A stretch of 32,575 nt of DNA from Saprolegnia diclina VS20 (taxonomy: Eukaryota), in the NCBI RefSeq assembly GCF_000281045.1, contig NW_008246148.1, positions 139,175-171,749 of the forward strand, read 5' to 3'. Both the position numbers and the translations under genes were made by a program. The notes below the pieces were generated by a model. The model worked only from the letters and a program-made list of their open reading frames with translations, was not told where the DNA came from and did no database searches. Below, piece after piece: positions 1 to 10,626 of this stretch. Every line of letters starts with the position of its first letter. The stretch's first letter is position 1.

Positions 1-112
1 GACGCCATCGGGTCGGTCGTGCTGAGCTCGCTCGCCTTCATAAAGTGATCGCGGATCGTCATGGCGCTGTTGAGCTTGGTGATGACGCTCTCGTACTCGT
101 GACTCCAGACGT
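1..112 (-). pseudogene. Inverted, 5'-truncated copy of RMDN1-like exon 2 (runs off the window's left edge)
   Basis: Reverse complement of 1-100 matches 9783-9882 with one mismatch. 101-112 still aligns, with a 1-nt deletion and substitutions; then similarity stops, with no exon 1 or splice acceptor. Confidence 0.75.
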
Positions 113-652
113 GTCCAGGTAGCGTTGGACATGGAGACATGCGCTTTGGGCTCATTCCGTCCTCGAGGATTGTCGCCTTCACGGAGTTGTCGTATTTTTG
201 CAGCAATTTTTGATCGGGAGGACTAAGCTCCTGTTGCATTAGAAATAGGGGCACAAGCTCCACTTCAACATAGTATCAATGCCACCATGCTCTTCTAACC
301 CAAGCAGCTATTTGTAGAGAAATAAGATTTGCATTTCTTAGGCCATTTGCTGGACATGACAGCTGTCAAGCATCGACGTGCACCATACTACTACAATTTG
401 TAGTAGTTGGTTAACCCTTGAAGTGGACGAGGTTTCCGGGCAAGGCCGAGCCGAGCGCGATCTAGAAGTCCGAGATCCAGAAACTCAGAGCATTTCCAAA
501 TGTACTTTCCGTCCAATCATGGCCAACCCACCACTGGCGCGGAAGACACCCCTTGCCCAAGTAGTGTGGTCTTGACTGAGGAAGAATGACAATAATGACA
601 TGATCAACATGTACATGCCCTCTCCGATAGCTTCTCCGATCTCCGAGAGGCA

Positions 653-701
653 CGCTGTATCCACCACTCCACTGCGCTGTATCCACCACTGCGCTGTATC
701 C
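653..701. repeat. Short imperfect tandem repeat with core CGCTGTATCC(ACCACT), about 3 copies
   Basis: cgctgtatccaccactccactgcgctgtatccaccactgcgctgtatcc. Confidence 0.8.
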
Positions 702-1015
702 TTTCAAACCGAGCTCGTGACGTAACCAGCTTGGTCAGGTCAGATAACGCCATCTGCAACTCCTATAGATGACCCACTCGGCAACCAATGCGCCAGTGAC
801 TACCTTGAGAGCAGATCGTAAAGCTCTCAAGTCGAGTGACCGAGTGGCCGAGCGCCGGCCACGTCGTCGTTCCACCCAACGTCCAAGGCCAAGGAGGAGG
901 TCGTCTCTTCCGTGAAAACCAGCTGCGAGCGTCGGCCCAATGACGAGCGGGCAAGCCTAGTGAGTAACATCCTCGTCATCCTCCAACTTGGCTCGCATTC
1001 GCCAAGTCGCCACGC

Positions 1016-3280
1016 ATGGCCGACGTCCACAAGCGCGTGTCCAACGCGGACGAGCTCGACAAGGAGCAGGACGATGACGTCCTCCTCTCGGACCACACGC
1101 CGGCGGACGTCGAGGCCGCCCACGACCACGCGCCGCCCGCGCCGAGCCACAGCTACCGGCCCGACATTGACGGTCTCCGCACGCTTGCCGTGCTCCCCGT
1201 CCTCGTCTTCCACGCGTACCCCAAGCTCTTTCCCGGCGGCTTCATTGGCGTCGACATCTTCTTTGTCATTTCCGGCTTTCTCATTTCCGGCATCCTCTTC
1301 AAGGAGCACAAGCGCGGCAAGTTTACGTACGCGAGCTTCTACGAGCGCCGCGTCCGCCGCATCTTCCCGACGCTCATCATCGTGCTGAGCGCGACGCTCT
1401 GGCTCGGGTACCTCTACCTCATGGCGCCCAAGCTCAAGCTCATGGCCGCCACCATGTTTGCCGGGACGGTCTTTGCCGCCAACCTCCAAGTGCTCTCGCT
1501 CGAGAAGGCGTACTTTGATCTGGGTGCGAACCCAGTCTTGCACCTCTGGTCGCTCGGCGTCGAAGAGCAGTTCTACATCCTCTGGCCATTCTTCTGCGCC
1601 ATCATCATGAAGCTCTCGTACAAGCGCGCGATCATCCTCCAAGTGGCGTTCATGGTGCTGAGCTTTGGCATCAACATTGCCTTCCTCGGCTACCGCGACA
1701 ACAAGGTGTCGTTCTACATGCCGCTCTGCCGCTTCTGGCAAATGTCCATGGGCGGTCTCCTCGCATACGTCACGTCGCAGGCGGCGCCGGCGTTCGAACC
1801 ATTGGCGGCGTCGGGCACGACACCGTCGAGCTCGGGCGGGTGGACGTCGGCAGCTGGCCTCAGCCTCATCCTCCTCGGCTTTGCCTCGATCAACGAACAC
1901 CGCGCGTTTCCCGGCTTTTGGGCGCTGCTCCCGACGCTTGGTGCGACCTTGCTCATCGCGGCCGGTCCCCGTGCGCCGTTCAACCGCTACATCCTCAGCA
2001 ACGCCGTTGTCGTCTACATTGGCAAGATCAGCTACTGCCTCTACCTCTGGCACTGGCCGATCCTCGTCATCTCGGGCGATCGGTACCCGGCGACGGCGCC
2101 GCGCCCGTTCTTTGCCGAGCCATGGGTCCTTCTCCTTATCTCGGTTGCCCTGAGCATCGCTACGTACGAAGACGTCGAGCTGCGTCTGCGCCGGCGCAAG
2201 GCCAAGTGGATCACGCCGGTGCTGGCGCTCGGTGTCGCACTCCTCGCACTCGTCTCGGCCGCAGTCTACACGTACCCGGCTAACTTTTCGCTGATTGAAC
2301 TCGGGCTGCGCAACGTCGCCCCGCCGATCGTCGAGTCGGGTGCGAATCTCACGTCCGGCAACGTGCCTGCGTCGTTGAAGCAAGCGCAGACGGCTATCTA
2401 CGACGGCGCGTGGCAAGGCGGCTTGGGCGACAAGTGCCCGTCCGACTCGCCGTACGTCTTTAACGCGATCCGCCCCGAGCACGCCGAGAAGTATGGCCCC
2501 TACTACCTCCCGGGTGACGTCTACCTCATCAACCCGGGCCATGAGAAGGACAACGGTCTCCTCATCGTGCTTGGCGACTCGCATGCCGACATGACCAAGC
2601 CGCGCCTCGTGCAGCTCTTTGAAGACGCCAAGGCCGCCAAGAACGAGTCGACATTTCCCACGATCGCCATCAACAGCTGGTCTGCCCGGCCGATCATGCC
2701 GTGCCGGGCCGAGTATTACGCCAACTTGGCCATGGTCAAGGCGATGAAGCCCCAGGTGCTTCTCCTCGTCCAGCACTACTACCAGTACGTGCACCCGACG
2801 GGCGATTTCAACACGCCGTACGAGGCGCCGCCCAAGTGCTGCAACGACGGGACCAAGCCGTGCCCCGAACAAACGATGCGCGACGTCAACGCCATGTGGT
2901 CGATCATGGAGAAAGACCTCAAGGAGCTCACCGACATGGGCATCAAGGTGTTTGTCGTCGACCAGAGCCCCGAGTACGAAGAGATGAACCCGTCGGCGTG
3001 GATCTCGGGCGACAAAGTGACGATGCCCAAGCCCATGTACAAGTCCGAGTTCAACCGCGAGTACAAGTGGCTCCTCGACCCGCTCCATGCAATGGTCAAG
3101 AACGCTGGCGCGACGCTCATCGACTACGCCGACAACTACTCGCTCGGCGACGAAATCATGATCACCGACGACCACGGGTACCCGGTCATGTGCTACGGGA
3201 CGCACCTCAACGCGCACACGGCCCGCAGCTACCTCACCGTCGTCGACCAAGTCGTAGACGCCGCCCGTCTCCAAAAGTAA
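1016..3280 (+). CDS. Acyltransferase-3 (OafA/OatA-like) membrane O-acyltransferase fused to a C-terminal SGNH-like domain, 754 aa, intronless
   Basis: AT3 motifs YRPDIDGLRTLAV, VFH, GFIGVDIFFVISGFLI, FYERRVRRIFP, HLWSLGVEEQFY, GKISYCLYLWHWP; multiple hydrophobic helices; SGNH block I GDSHA and terminal THLN; strong GC3 bias. Confidence 0.93.
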   Translation: MADVHKRVSNADELDKEQDDDVLLSDHTPADVEAAHDHAPPAPSHSYRPDIDGLRTLAVLPVLVFHAYPKLFPGGFIGVDIFFVISGFLISGILFKEHKRGKFTYASFYERRVRRIFPTLIIVLSATLWLGYLYLMAPKLKLMAATMFAGTVFAANLQVLSLEKAYFDLGANPVLHLWSLGVEEQFYILWPFFCAIIMKLSYKRAIILQVAFMVLSFGINIAFLGYRDNKVSFYMPLCRFWQMSMGGLLAYVTSQAAPAFEPLAASGTTPSSSGGWTSAAGLSLILLGFASINEHRAFPGFWALLPTLGATLLIAAGPRAPFNRYILSNAVVVYIGKISYCLYLWHWPILVISGDRYPATAPRPFFAEPWVLLLISVALSIATYEDVELRLRRRKAKWITPVLALGVALLALVSAAVYTYPANFSLIELGLRNVAPPIVESGANLTSGNVPASLKQAQTAIYDGAWQGGLGDKCPSDSPYVFNAIRPEHAEKYGPYYLPGDVYLINPGHEKDNGLLIVLGDSHADMTKPRLVQLFEDAKAAKNESTFPTIAINSWSARPIMPCRAEYYANLAMVKAMKPQVLLLVQHYYQYVHPTGDFNTPYEAPPKCCNDGTKPCPEQTMRDVNAMWSIMEKDLKELTDMGIKVFVVDQSPEYEEMNPSAWISGDKVTMPKPMYKSEFNREYKWLLDPLHAMVKNAGATLIDYADNYSLGDEIMITDDHGYPVMCYGTHLNAHTARSYLTVVDQVVDAARLQK

Positions 3281-3405
3281 ATTGAGCTTGCGAGTACAAC
3301 ACGCCACCAATATAGAGTCGTTTATGTATCTACGACGTCATTGCCGCTAGTACTAGAAGCGCCGTCGTCTTTGACACACCTATGGCAACGACTTCTTCGG
3401 GTTGC

Positions 3406-3470
3406 ATCCGGATGCAGATGAGCTGGCAGCCTGTGGGCAGTGCCATATCCGGATAACCAGAAAGGACGTC
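3406..3470 (+). repeat. 65-bp dispersed repeat, copy A (contains two ATCCGGAT palindromes 41 bp apart)
   Basis: 58/65 identical, ungapped, to the reverse complement of 10627-10691 (hand alignment). Confidence 0.9.
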
Positions 3471-3810
3471 CGCTGGAGTCGACTGGAGTCACACCTCGAC
3501 TTTTAGAGCACGAAAGATGACGAATATATCGGCAACCCTAGTCGCACGCATGAACGTATCAATTCGATTCCGGTGTCCAAGGTGCCAAGCACCAACGGCC
3601 AGTGTTGTGCCCCACGCTTCCCTTGCACGTCGATCTGGTCGCTGCGCTGTCGTGGCAAGGACTGGGTTGAACCACTCGTTGAATGAGCCCAGCGCAGAGA
3701 AGGTGTGACCACAAGCCTACACGACCGTTCAAACATTGGGCCAAAGTCAATGGTCGTGCAGTTTTGGTGGACTTTGTGCACTAAATCAAAACGACAGACA
3801 TAGTGTACAC

Positions 3811-4649
3811 TCATTGAGCGGAGAGAACTCGACCTACGCCTGCCCAGAAACGTGAAGTCGCGGGCGTCACAGCACGAAATTCCACAGGAAGCGCAAAAAG
3901 GATAAAATTGGGTTTCGATCGCGATGACAATATTGGTGCATGTTGCGAGAGCGTCTTGAAGGAGGGCTTTGCCACGGAGCGGGCTGCGCCGCAGAGACAA
4001 CGTCGCGAGATGGGGGCGTGAGTACCGCGAATAGCACTCGCCAGGACTGACATTTCGCAATCGGGACCGAAATCGGGACCTCCTGCACCCCAAGCAGGAA
4101 TCATACCACTAGACCACAGGGCCTTCCTTGACATTTCGCAATTACCAAACGACGCGTCAAAGTCGGTTTTACGGGCGACAGCTTCCATACACTGACGGAG
4201 CCATTTGGTGCGGTCACGTGAGCCACGTGAGACACTCGAGGTGGGTCGAGCGCAAGGCTCACTCATGAAGCGGGCAGCGACACTCGACGTGAATGGGATA
4301 CGCGAGAGCTGGACGCTCCGGAAGCGCAACAACGACACCGGTTGCACGGAGAGCGCTTTGTCCAGGCGAACGTTGGATAGGTAGAGCTCATCCAGAGCCG
4401 ATAGGGAGGGCAAAACGGCAGTAGCCAGCATATCTCCGTGCCATGCGGTGGCCGCCAGTGCATCTCCGTGACATCAGCAAGTGTGCCACGCACTCGCAGC
4501 GTTGTGAGCTTGGACTTGTCGGCGTAGAAGTCCAACGCGCACGTTGCACGAGCTCCGACGTCCCAACTAGCAGCCTTGATGGCTTCTGCAAGAATGGGTT
4601 CAAGTCTACGCACCCTTGGGTTCGGAAGACAGTTCACCGTTGGAGCCAA
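3811..4649 (-). pseudogene. Possible degenerate RNI/LRR-like gene remnant
   Basis: LRR-like segments spread over different frames (LTTLRVRG; LPSLSALDELYLSNVRL; FRSVQLSRIPF; LATLSLRRSPL). No clean spliced model and weaker codon bias than true genes. Confidence 0.3.
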
Positions 4650-4864
4650 CTTAGTGCATGAATCAACAAACGCAAGTCGAGTAGGTCGAGAGAGTTGGGA
4701 NNNNNNNNNNNNNNNNNNNNNNNNNNNNNNNNNNNNNNNNNNNNNNNNNNNNNNNNNNNNNNNNNNNNNNNNNNNNNNNNNNNNNNNNNNNNNNNNNNNN
4801 CCGTTGGAGCCAACTTAGTGCATGAATCAACAAACGCAAGTCGAGTAGGTCGAGAGAGTTGGGA
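4637..4864. other. 100-N scaffold gap (4701-4800) flanked by an exact 64-bp direct duplication
   Basis: 4637-4700 equals 4801-4864 (ccgttggagcc...gagagttggga), typical of an unmerged contig overlap. Confidence 0.9.
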
Positions 4865-4902
4865 AGTGAATTTATCGCAATGGTAACATCGGACAGCGAC
4901 TC

Positions 4903-6256
4903 TCAACTTTGCGCCAGAGTGAAGCTTTTGGCAGTCGCTGGAGCTCCTTGCCACGCCGCAAAGCAGTCGAGGGCGCGAAAACGCTGTGTGGCAGCCGTGT
5001 ACGCGACTTGCTTGCGCTTGGCCGCGTCGTATCCCAGCTCGGCAAGCGACGCATCGAGCTGCGCCGCCGCCGCAAAGAACCGGCGTCGTGTGAGGCGCGA
5101 GCTCATTTTTCGCTTGATTTGGAGATCCACGACCTTCTTCGTGCCCTACACGAGGTCAAGTACCGCTACATCTGATGCACACCCTACCATTTTGAGACCG
5201 CGCGCACCCACGAGGTACTCGACGTCAGGCTTGGCGTCGACCAGCGCGACTGCCGTCGGTGCCGCTGCGCGGAGAGATGTCCAGTTGAGCGCGAGTCCCG
5301 ACGCGCTCGTTCGAGTACTTGGCGCCAGCGATCGCGTGAGCGGAAAGGTCAAGGCCGTCGTTGCCACGCTGCAGGTCGAGTTGCCTCGCACCAAGCTCTG
5401 CGAAATGGCCTCTGCATTGCACTGGATAAACTCTTGAAGCCTGTGGCAGCTCGTACCTTGAAAGCTTTTGGGATCGCTTTGAGTGTCGAGACTCACTACG
5501 ACGCTCGCGAGATACAGCTACGTGCATATCAACACGTGAGCAGCCTGGTGACACGTCGCGGCCGTCGTGTACAGGCGCAAACCACTGGGAGAGCAAACTG
5601 CCTTGGAGCCCGACACAGAGCCACTTGCAGATCTTGTCGCTGCACGACATGGATACCGTTCGGTTTGACTCGGGAATGTCGGTGCGACCCGACTTGACGC
5701 GCGCCAGGCCGCGCACGTGCGAGTGGGTCGAGCTCTCGACGACTTTGGCGCCCGTTGTTCGCATCGGCACGGTCGTGACCTCGGCGTCGTTGAGCTTGCG
5801 CCGCTTGACCTTGGCCTCGCGAATCTCGTCGAGCACGTCGGCTTTGAGGTCATAGAGCGCAGCGTCGCCACACGGCGCTTCACTCACGTAGAGATGCAGC
5901 GTGCAGCCCGGCTTCAACGCGAGCTTACCATCGTCGTCCGTTGCCGCCGTAAAAATGGACGTCTCGTTGGCGACGCCAGCCTGGCGCAAGCTCAGCTCGT
6001 AGTAGAGGTACCGCAGGAAGGCGCGGCGACACATGACCTCGGCGTGGCCATCGTGGATGAGGTAGCCGTCGGTGCAGAGCGCACTCTGGCCAAGGCATTT
6101 CGTGCCCGACCCGACGCTGAGCACCTCGAGGGCTCCGTCGTTCTCGAGGACGATGGCTGCCAGCACCGTGTACTCGTTGGTCGCATGCTTCTTGACCGGG
6201 ACCTTGGCCGCGAACCAGGCGAGCGCGGCCTCGGCGACGCGGTCCGGATGTGCCAT
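4903..6256 (-). CDS. ADAT1: tRNA-specific adenosine deaminase 1 (ADAT1/Tad1-like), about 403 aa; exons 6256-5573, 5517-5457, 5411-5188, 5145-4903
   Basis: A-deaminase motifs TVLAAIV, GSGTKC, HDGHAEVMCRRAFLRY, SEAPCGDA, RTTGAK, KSGR, SMSCSDKICKW, GLQGSLLS, ALNW. No dsRBD, so ADAT1 rather than ADAR. GT-AG introns of 55, 45 and 42 nt restore one frame. Confidence 0.88.
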
Positions 6257-6513
6257 GCCGCGGAATGCAACTTGCGTTTTGCACAGGACCCCCTACGTTG
6301 TGTGCCGATTTTAAAGCGTTGTCCTTGGGCTAAAAACACCGCATTTAGGCTTTTCGTGCCGGGCGAGCCGTTGGCATCGCATGCACCGTCATCGACAAGC
6401 CGTGGTCACTCGCCTCGTGCCGCTTCAGGGTGGTATGCCTTATTCTTCAAGGTCTGCGCTGCCATTGAGGGTCGGTACACAAGGCGGCTTCGCGTGCTGC
6501 TAAAAACCGGATG

Positions 6514-6552
6514 TATCCTAATTAGGATAAATCGTTTCGGAGGGACCCCTCC
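6514..6552. promoter_or_regulatory. Two adjacent inverted repeats in the bidirectional ADAT1/Trf4-like promoter
   Basis: Perfect 16-bp palindrome TATCCTAATTAGGATA (6514-6529) and GGAGGG-AC-CCCTCC (6539-6552). Function is inferred from position only. Confidence 0.35.
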
Positions 6553-6612
6553 CCGGTAAAGAAACCTTGTCAACCAGCAGTACAAATCCACTGGGCTGCC
6601 ACCGTGGAGGTC

Positions 6613-8371
6613 ATGGCGCGCAACTACCATGCCAAGTACAAGGAAGGCGGGCGGAAGCGCCGGCCCCGCGCTTCGTCGCCATCGAGCGACGACGACTCGG
6701 ACGACGCTATGCCCGTGCGCAAGAAGGCGAAGCGCGCCAAGCCGCCGACGAAGGCCAAGGCCAAGAAGCGCAAGCCGAAGCCCGACTCGTCCTCTGACGC
6801 GAGCGACTCGAGCGACGCGAGCGACGACGACGAGGACGTCTACCTACACATCCAGAACGGATCCGGTCTCTCGACGGCCGTCAAGCAGACGACCTCCACA
6901 TCCAAGAAGCTCGGGCGAGGTGACCGGCATCTGCGCAGCCGCCACCTGTGGCCGGTCGACCCCAAGGGCGCGCCGTGGCTTCCTGATACGACCAAGTCCA
7001 TCTCGATCAGCGAAGAAATCTACCTCTTGGCCAAATACGTGCGCATGCAGCCGCTCGAGGTCGAGGCCCGCCGTGTCTTAAGCAAGAGCATCATGCGCAT
7101 GGTCGAGACCCACATGGCGCCGACGCCCGTGGCGTTCGACCACTTTGGGTCGCTCGCGCCCGACTGCGAGTCGCGGGCGACCTTTCGCAGCGACATTGAT
7201 CTCTCGATGGAGCGCGCGCCCGAGGTAGACGCCAAGAAGAGCGACGAAGATGCGACGCCCGACAGCACGGACGACTCAAGCTCGTACGAAGACGAGCGCG
7301 ACCCGAGCGGCGCCATGAGCTTCAACTTTGCATCGTCGTTTGCACCCAACGCCAAGGAGATGGACGGACCCTCAAAGGAGTCAAAGGCCCAGCAAGCGCG
7401 GTTCCTCACGCGGGCCAGCGTCGGCCTCCGGCAAGGCGACCTCTTCCGCATTCACGTCCGTGGCCGGGCCAAGGTGCCCATCATCAACCTCGTCCATGTA
7501 CGCCTGTCATTGATGGATGCTGTTGTACTATCGCTCAAGGTGTGTAGCATGTCTCGAAGCTCGAGGTTGACATTAGCATGGGCGTCGACAAGACGTCCGT
7601 GAGCGACCAAGTCATTCGGTGGTTTGCGGCCACGTACCCCGTCTTCAACCCTGTCATCGTAAGTTGCTTCTGCGATTCCATTCGCACACTCTGCAAGTTG
7701 AATTATGACATTTGGATGCTATTGTAGGTCCTGCTCAAGGAATTCCTGCACCAGTCGGGCTTGAACAAGCCGTTTGAAGGCGGTCTTGGCAGCTACCGCC
7801 TCTACGTCATGGTCGGCCACGTCATCAACGTCGTCGACGAGCCGTCCAACGCGTGGCGGGTTCTGAACCTCTTCTTCGAGTACTATAGCAGCGCCGGGCG
7901 CTTTCAGAGCACGACGGTGCTGCGTCTGCAGATCCCCCGGACCAACCTCCGCGTACCTCTCACCTGCAATCATGGACCACGTGCCAACTCTGGTCGTAGT
8001 GCGAGGCCGAGTTCAAGGCCATCTTCCGCATACGCGAGTGCAACTCGCTCTTTGCCCTTGCGGCCGAGACGCTCCGGAGTGCGATCAAGCAGTCGCCGCG
8101 CGCGCCGTCGATCCTCGCGTCCATCTTTTGCACGGTCCACCTCCGCGAAGACCGGGACGAGAGCGTGTCGCGCGCCAACGCCGTCCTGTTGCTGCAACAA
8201 GCGCCAGTGCCCAAGGACGAGCCGAAGAAGGAGATCAAGGACCTGCGGTTTGGGAAGCGGCACGTAGTCACGTCGAGCAAGAAGCTCAAGAAACTGCAGA
8301 CCAAGAGCAGCACGCCGTTTCCGCGTGCGCCAATGCGAACCCAAACGATCGTCGTCGACTACAACGACTAG
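6613..8371 (+). CDS. Non-canonical poly(A) polymerase / terminal nucleotidyltransferase (Trf4/PAPD5-like), about 530 aa; exons 6613-7497, 7548-7658, 7728-7952, 8000-8371
   Basis: Pol-beta NTase signature FGS...SDIDL, RAKVPII, third Asp in EVDISM, then VLLKEFLHQSGLNKPFEGGLGSYRL. K/R/D/S-rich disordered N-terminus with NLS-like basic stretches. Confidence 0.85.
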
Positions 8372-9441
8372 AGGCCACCGTTGCTATGGGAATAACTCGA
8401 CCTGCGTGTTGCGTGCGTCCTTTCTTGGCATCCACGCCACCCGTCCGTCGGCGATTAAGCAGCGTGAAAGAAGGTGCCCTCTTCCTACGCATTTGCGAGG
8501 TGGCCACCACGACCGTCGTGTGGACCGTGGGCAGGACTCTTATACCTAGCAATGACGCCGACGGACACGCTACCGTGAGGCTTTGTTGACATCGATCGAT
8601 GCAATCAGAAAGTGGGGCTCTCTCCCGGGCTTGAATCCGGATCTAACTGGTGCAAAGACTAAGCCAGTGTCTAAACCGCCAGACGAAACAAGTCGACAAG
8701 ACCACGCCTTCTTGATTGATACCGTGACACCCGTCCAAGGTACCATACGCACTTTGAAATGAACACGTGGCACCACGACATGCATGCCCGTTTCATCGGA
8801 CGCAACTTCAAGTGCGCGCGTGAAGTGCTGTTGGATGGTGCGAGGATACTCGTACGGTGAGCCCTTCGTCAGCTACTCCGACAGTGTTGTGTTTATGAAA
8901 CACTCGGACGCATGTCGGTCGTCGTTGGCTGCCGCCTGGTCCCTGGCCTGGTCCTGCGTGCCCTCTATGACCATCGTTTCACGGTATTCCGTGGTACGAC
9001 CGCAGGGGCACCTATCGCAATCGTCGCGTCGTGCTTTGCGAGATGACGGCATAGGACCAAGCACACGCACAGCCGGCCTGTCGGCGCCTTGGCATGTGGC
9101 GGAATGATAACGTCGGCCTGATCCAACCCGCGTACGAGCAACACCAACGTCCGAGACTTTAGGAGCATCGGGCGCCGCCTTCTTCTACTTGCGAGTGGCC
9201 AAGGCCTCGTGTCTCTTGCGCGCCGCGTCCCAACAATAAGACCGACGCTCGGTCTCTTCGTCTTGACTTGGCTGCGTTCTCAGGGTGCCACCCAGGCGGT
9301 TGCGGGTGCGACGCCAGCTGGTATCGCCCGACCTTGCCATTTGTATGCACCTGTTTACGTCGACGTTGGCCAACACGGTCGGCGCGACGGACGCCCTCGC
9401 TTGCCATTTCCGCTTTTTCCAGCAACAACCAACGCAGCACC

Positions 9442-10230
9442 ATGAGCAGCATCATCGAGCAGATCGACGCCATGTGGAACGACCACAACAACGCGCGCAA
9501 GGACGTCTTTGAGTTTAGCACCAAGGCCGTCGAAGACGAGCCCGAGAACTCGGAGCTGCTCTGGCGCCTCGCCCGCGCCAACTACGAGTACGCGATCGAG
9601 AAGGCCGTCTCGAAAGAGCTCAAGAAGAAGCTCACGTACGAGCGCCTCGACATTGCCAACAAGGCCCTCGGCCTCGCGCCCGAGAGCGGCGACTGCCACA
9701 AGTGGTACGCCCTTCGATCCCGCCAAATCATTATTTCTTATGCAATTATGTGCTAGGGTCGGCATCTCGACGTCCGAAGTCAACGAATACGAGAGCGTCA
9801 TCACCAAGCTCAACAGCGCCATGACGATCCGCGATCACTTTATGAAGGCGAGCGAGCTCAGCACGACCGACCCGATGGCGTCGCACTTGCTCGGCCGCTG
9901 TACGCTTTGCATTTGCTCAACACATCGCTCATGCGTGAAATAGGGTGCTTCCGCGTCAGCGACATGTCGTGGGTCGAGCGTGCGGCGGCGCGTGGCCTCG
10001 CGGGCCACCTCGCGCCGCACTCGTCGTTCGAAGACGCGCTCGCCAACTTTCTCAAGTCGGAGGAGATGCGCCCGGGCCACCTCAAGATGAACACGTGGTA
10101 CATTGTGCAGACGTACGGCAAGCTCAAGCAGAAGAAGGAGGCCAAGGAGTGGGCGGCCAAGGTCGTTGCGATGCCCAACCTCCTCGACGAAGACCACGAC
10201 ATTGATGCGCTCGCCAAGGCCTATTTGTAA
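9442..10230 (+). CDS. Regulator of microtubule dynamics (RMDN1/FAM82-like) TPR-like protein, about 230 aa; exons 9442-9704, 9757-9899, 9944-10230
   Basis: ELLWRLARA, DCHKW, IRDHFMKASEL...DP...HLLGRWCF.VSDMSWVER..A, SSFEDALANFLKSEEMRP, KEAKEW match the RMDN family pattern. Introns of 52 and 44 nt. Confidence 0.85.
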
Positions 10231-10626
10231 ACGGTGTTGCGTGTGTCCTAGTTGTTAATACAACGCCGACGGCGATGTGTATCTTGTGCTTCTCGAATCT
10301 TAGCTGACGTGGATAGTTTTGGCTCTCTTGTCTCCGATAGAAGATGGCGAGTGTATGCTTCTAGGTGAAAGCATGCAGACGTACCCAGTAAGCAAGCTCG
10401 TTGCACTGCATACTGCTGCCTTCTGTCCTTCGACGACGCGGGAAGGTCTGCGAGATGCGGCGAGCGGTAGGATGGCGGAACCATCAAGTTTCACGCGGCT
10501 GCCCATTGCTGCATGGCATCGCCACCTTCGTAGGCTTCTGTGTTGGGACATAGAGCCCATATCGTACTAGGGTATCCGCTGTATCAATAGTCTTTGGTGT
10601 GAGAGTCACAGCAAAGGAGCACACGT

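Noticed and set aside
653..701. Short repeats as a CRISPR array
   Set aside because: Eukaryotic context, no unique spacers, no cas genes; simple slippage repeat.
827..3310. 827-aa antisense ORF opposite the acyltransferase
   Set aside because: Shadow ORF caused by strong GC3 bias of the sense gene; V/R/D-rich, no motifs, non-ATG start.
4637..4864. 64-bp direct repeat as a possible LTR, TSD or CRISPR repeat
   Set aside because: It abuts both sides of a 100-N gap exactly, which indicates a contig overlap artefact.
4903..6256. ADAR-type mRNA editing enzyme
   Set aside because: Deaminase domain starts at the N-terminus with no dsRNA-binding domains, consistent with ADAT1.
8400..9400. Short ORFs between the Trf4-like and RMDN1-like genes
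   Set aside because: No recognisable motifs, no consistent splice model, weak codon bias.
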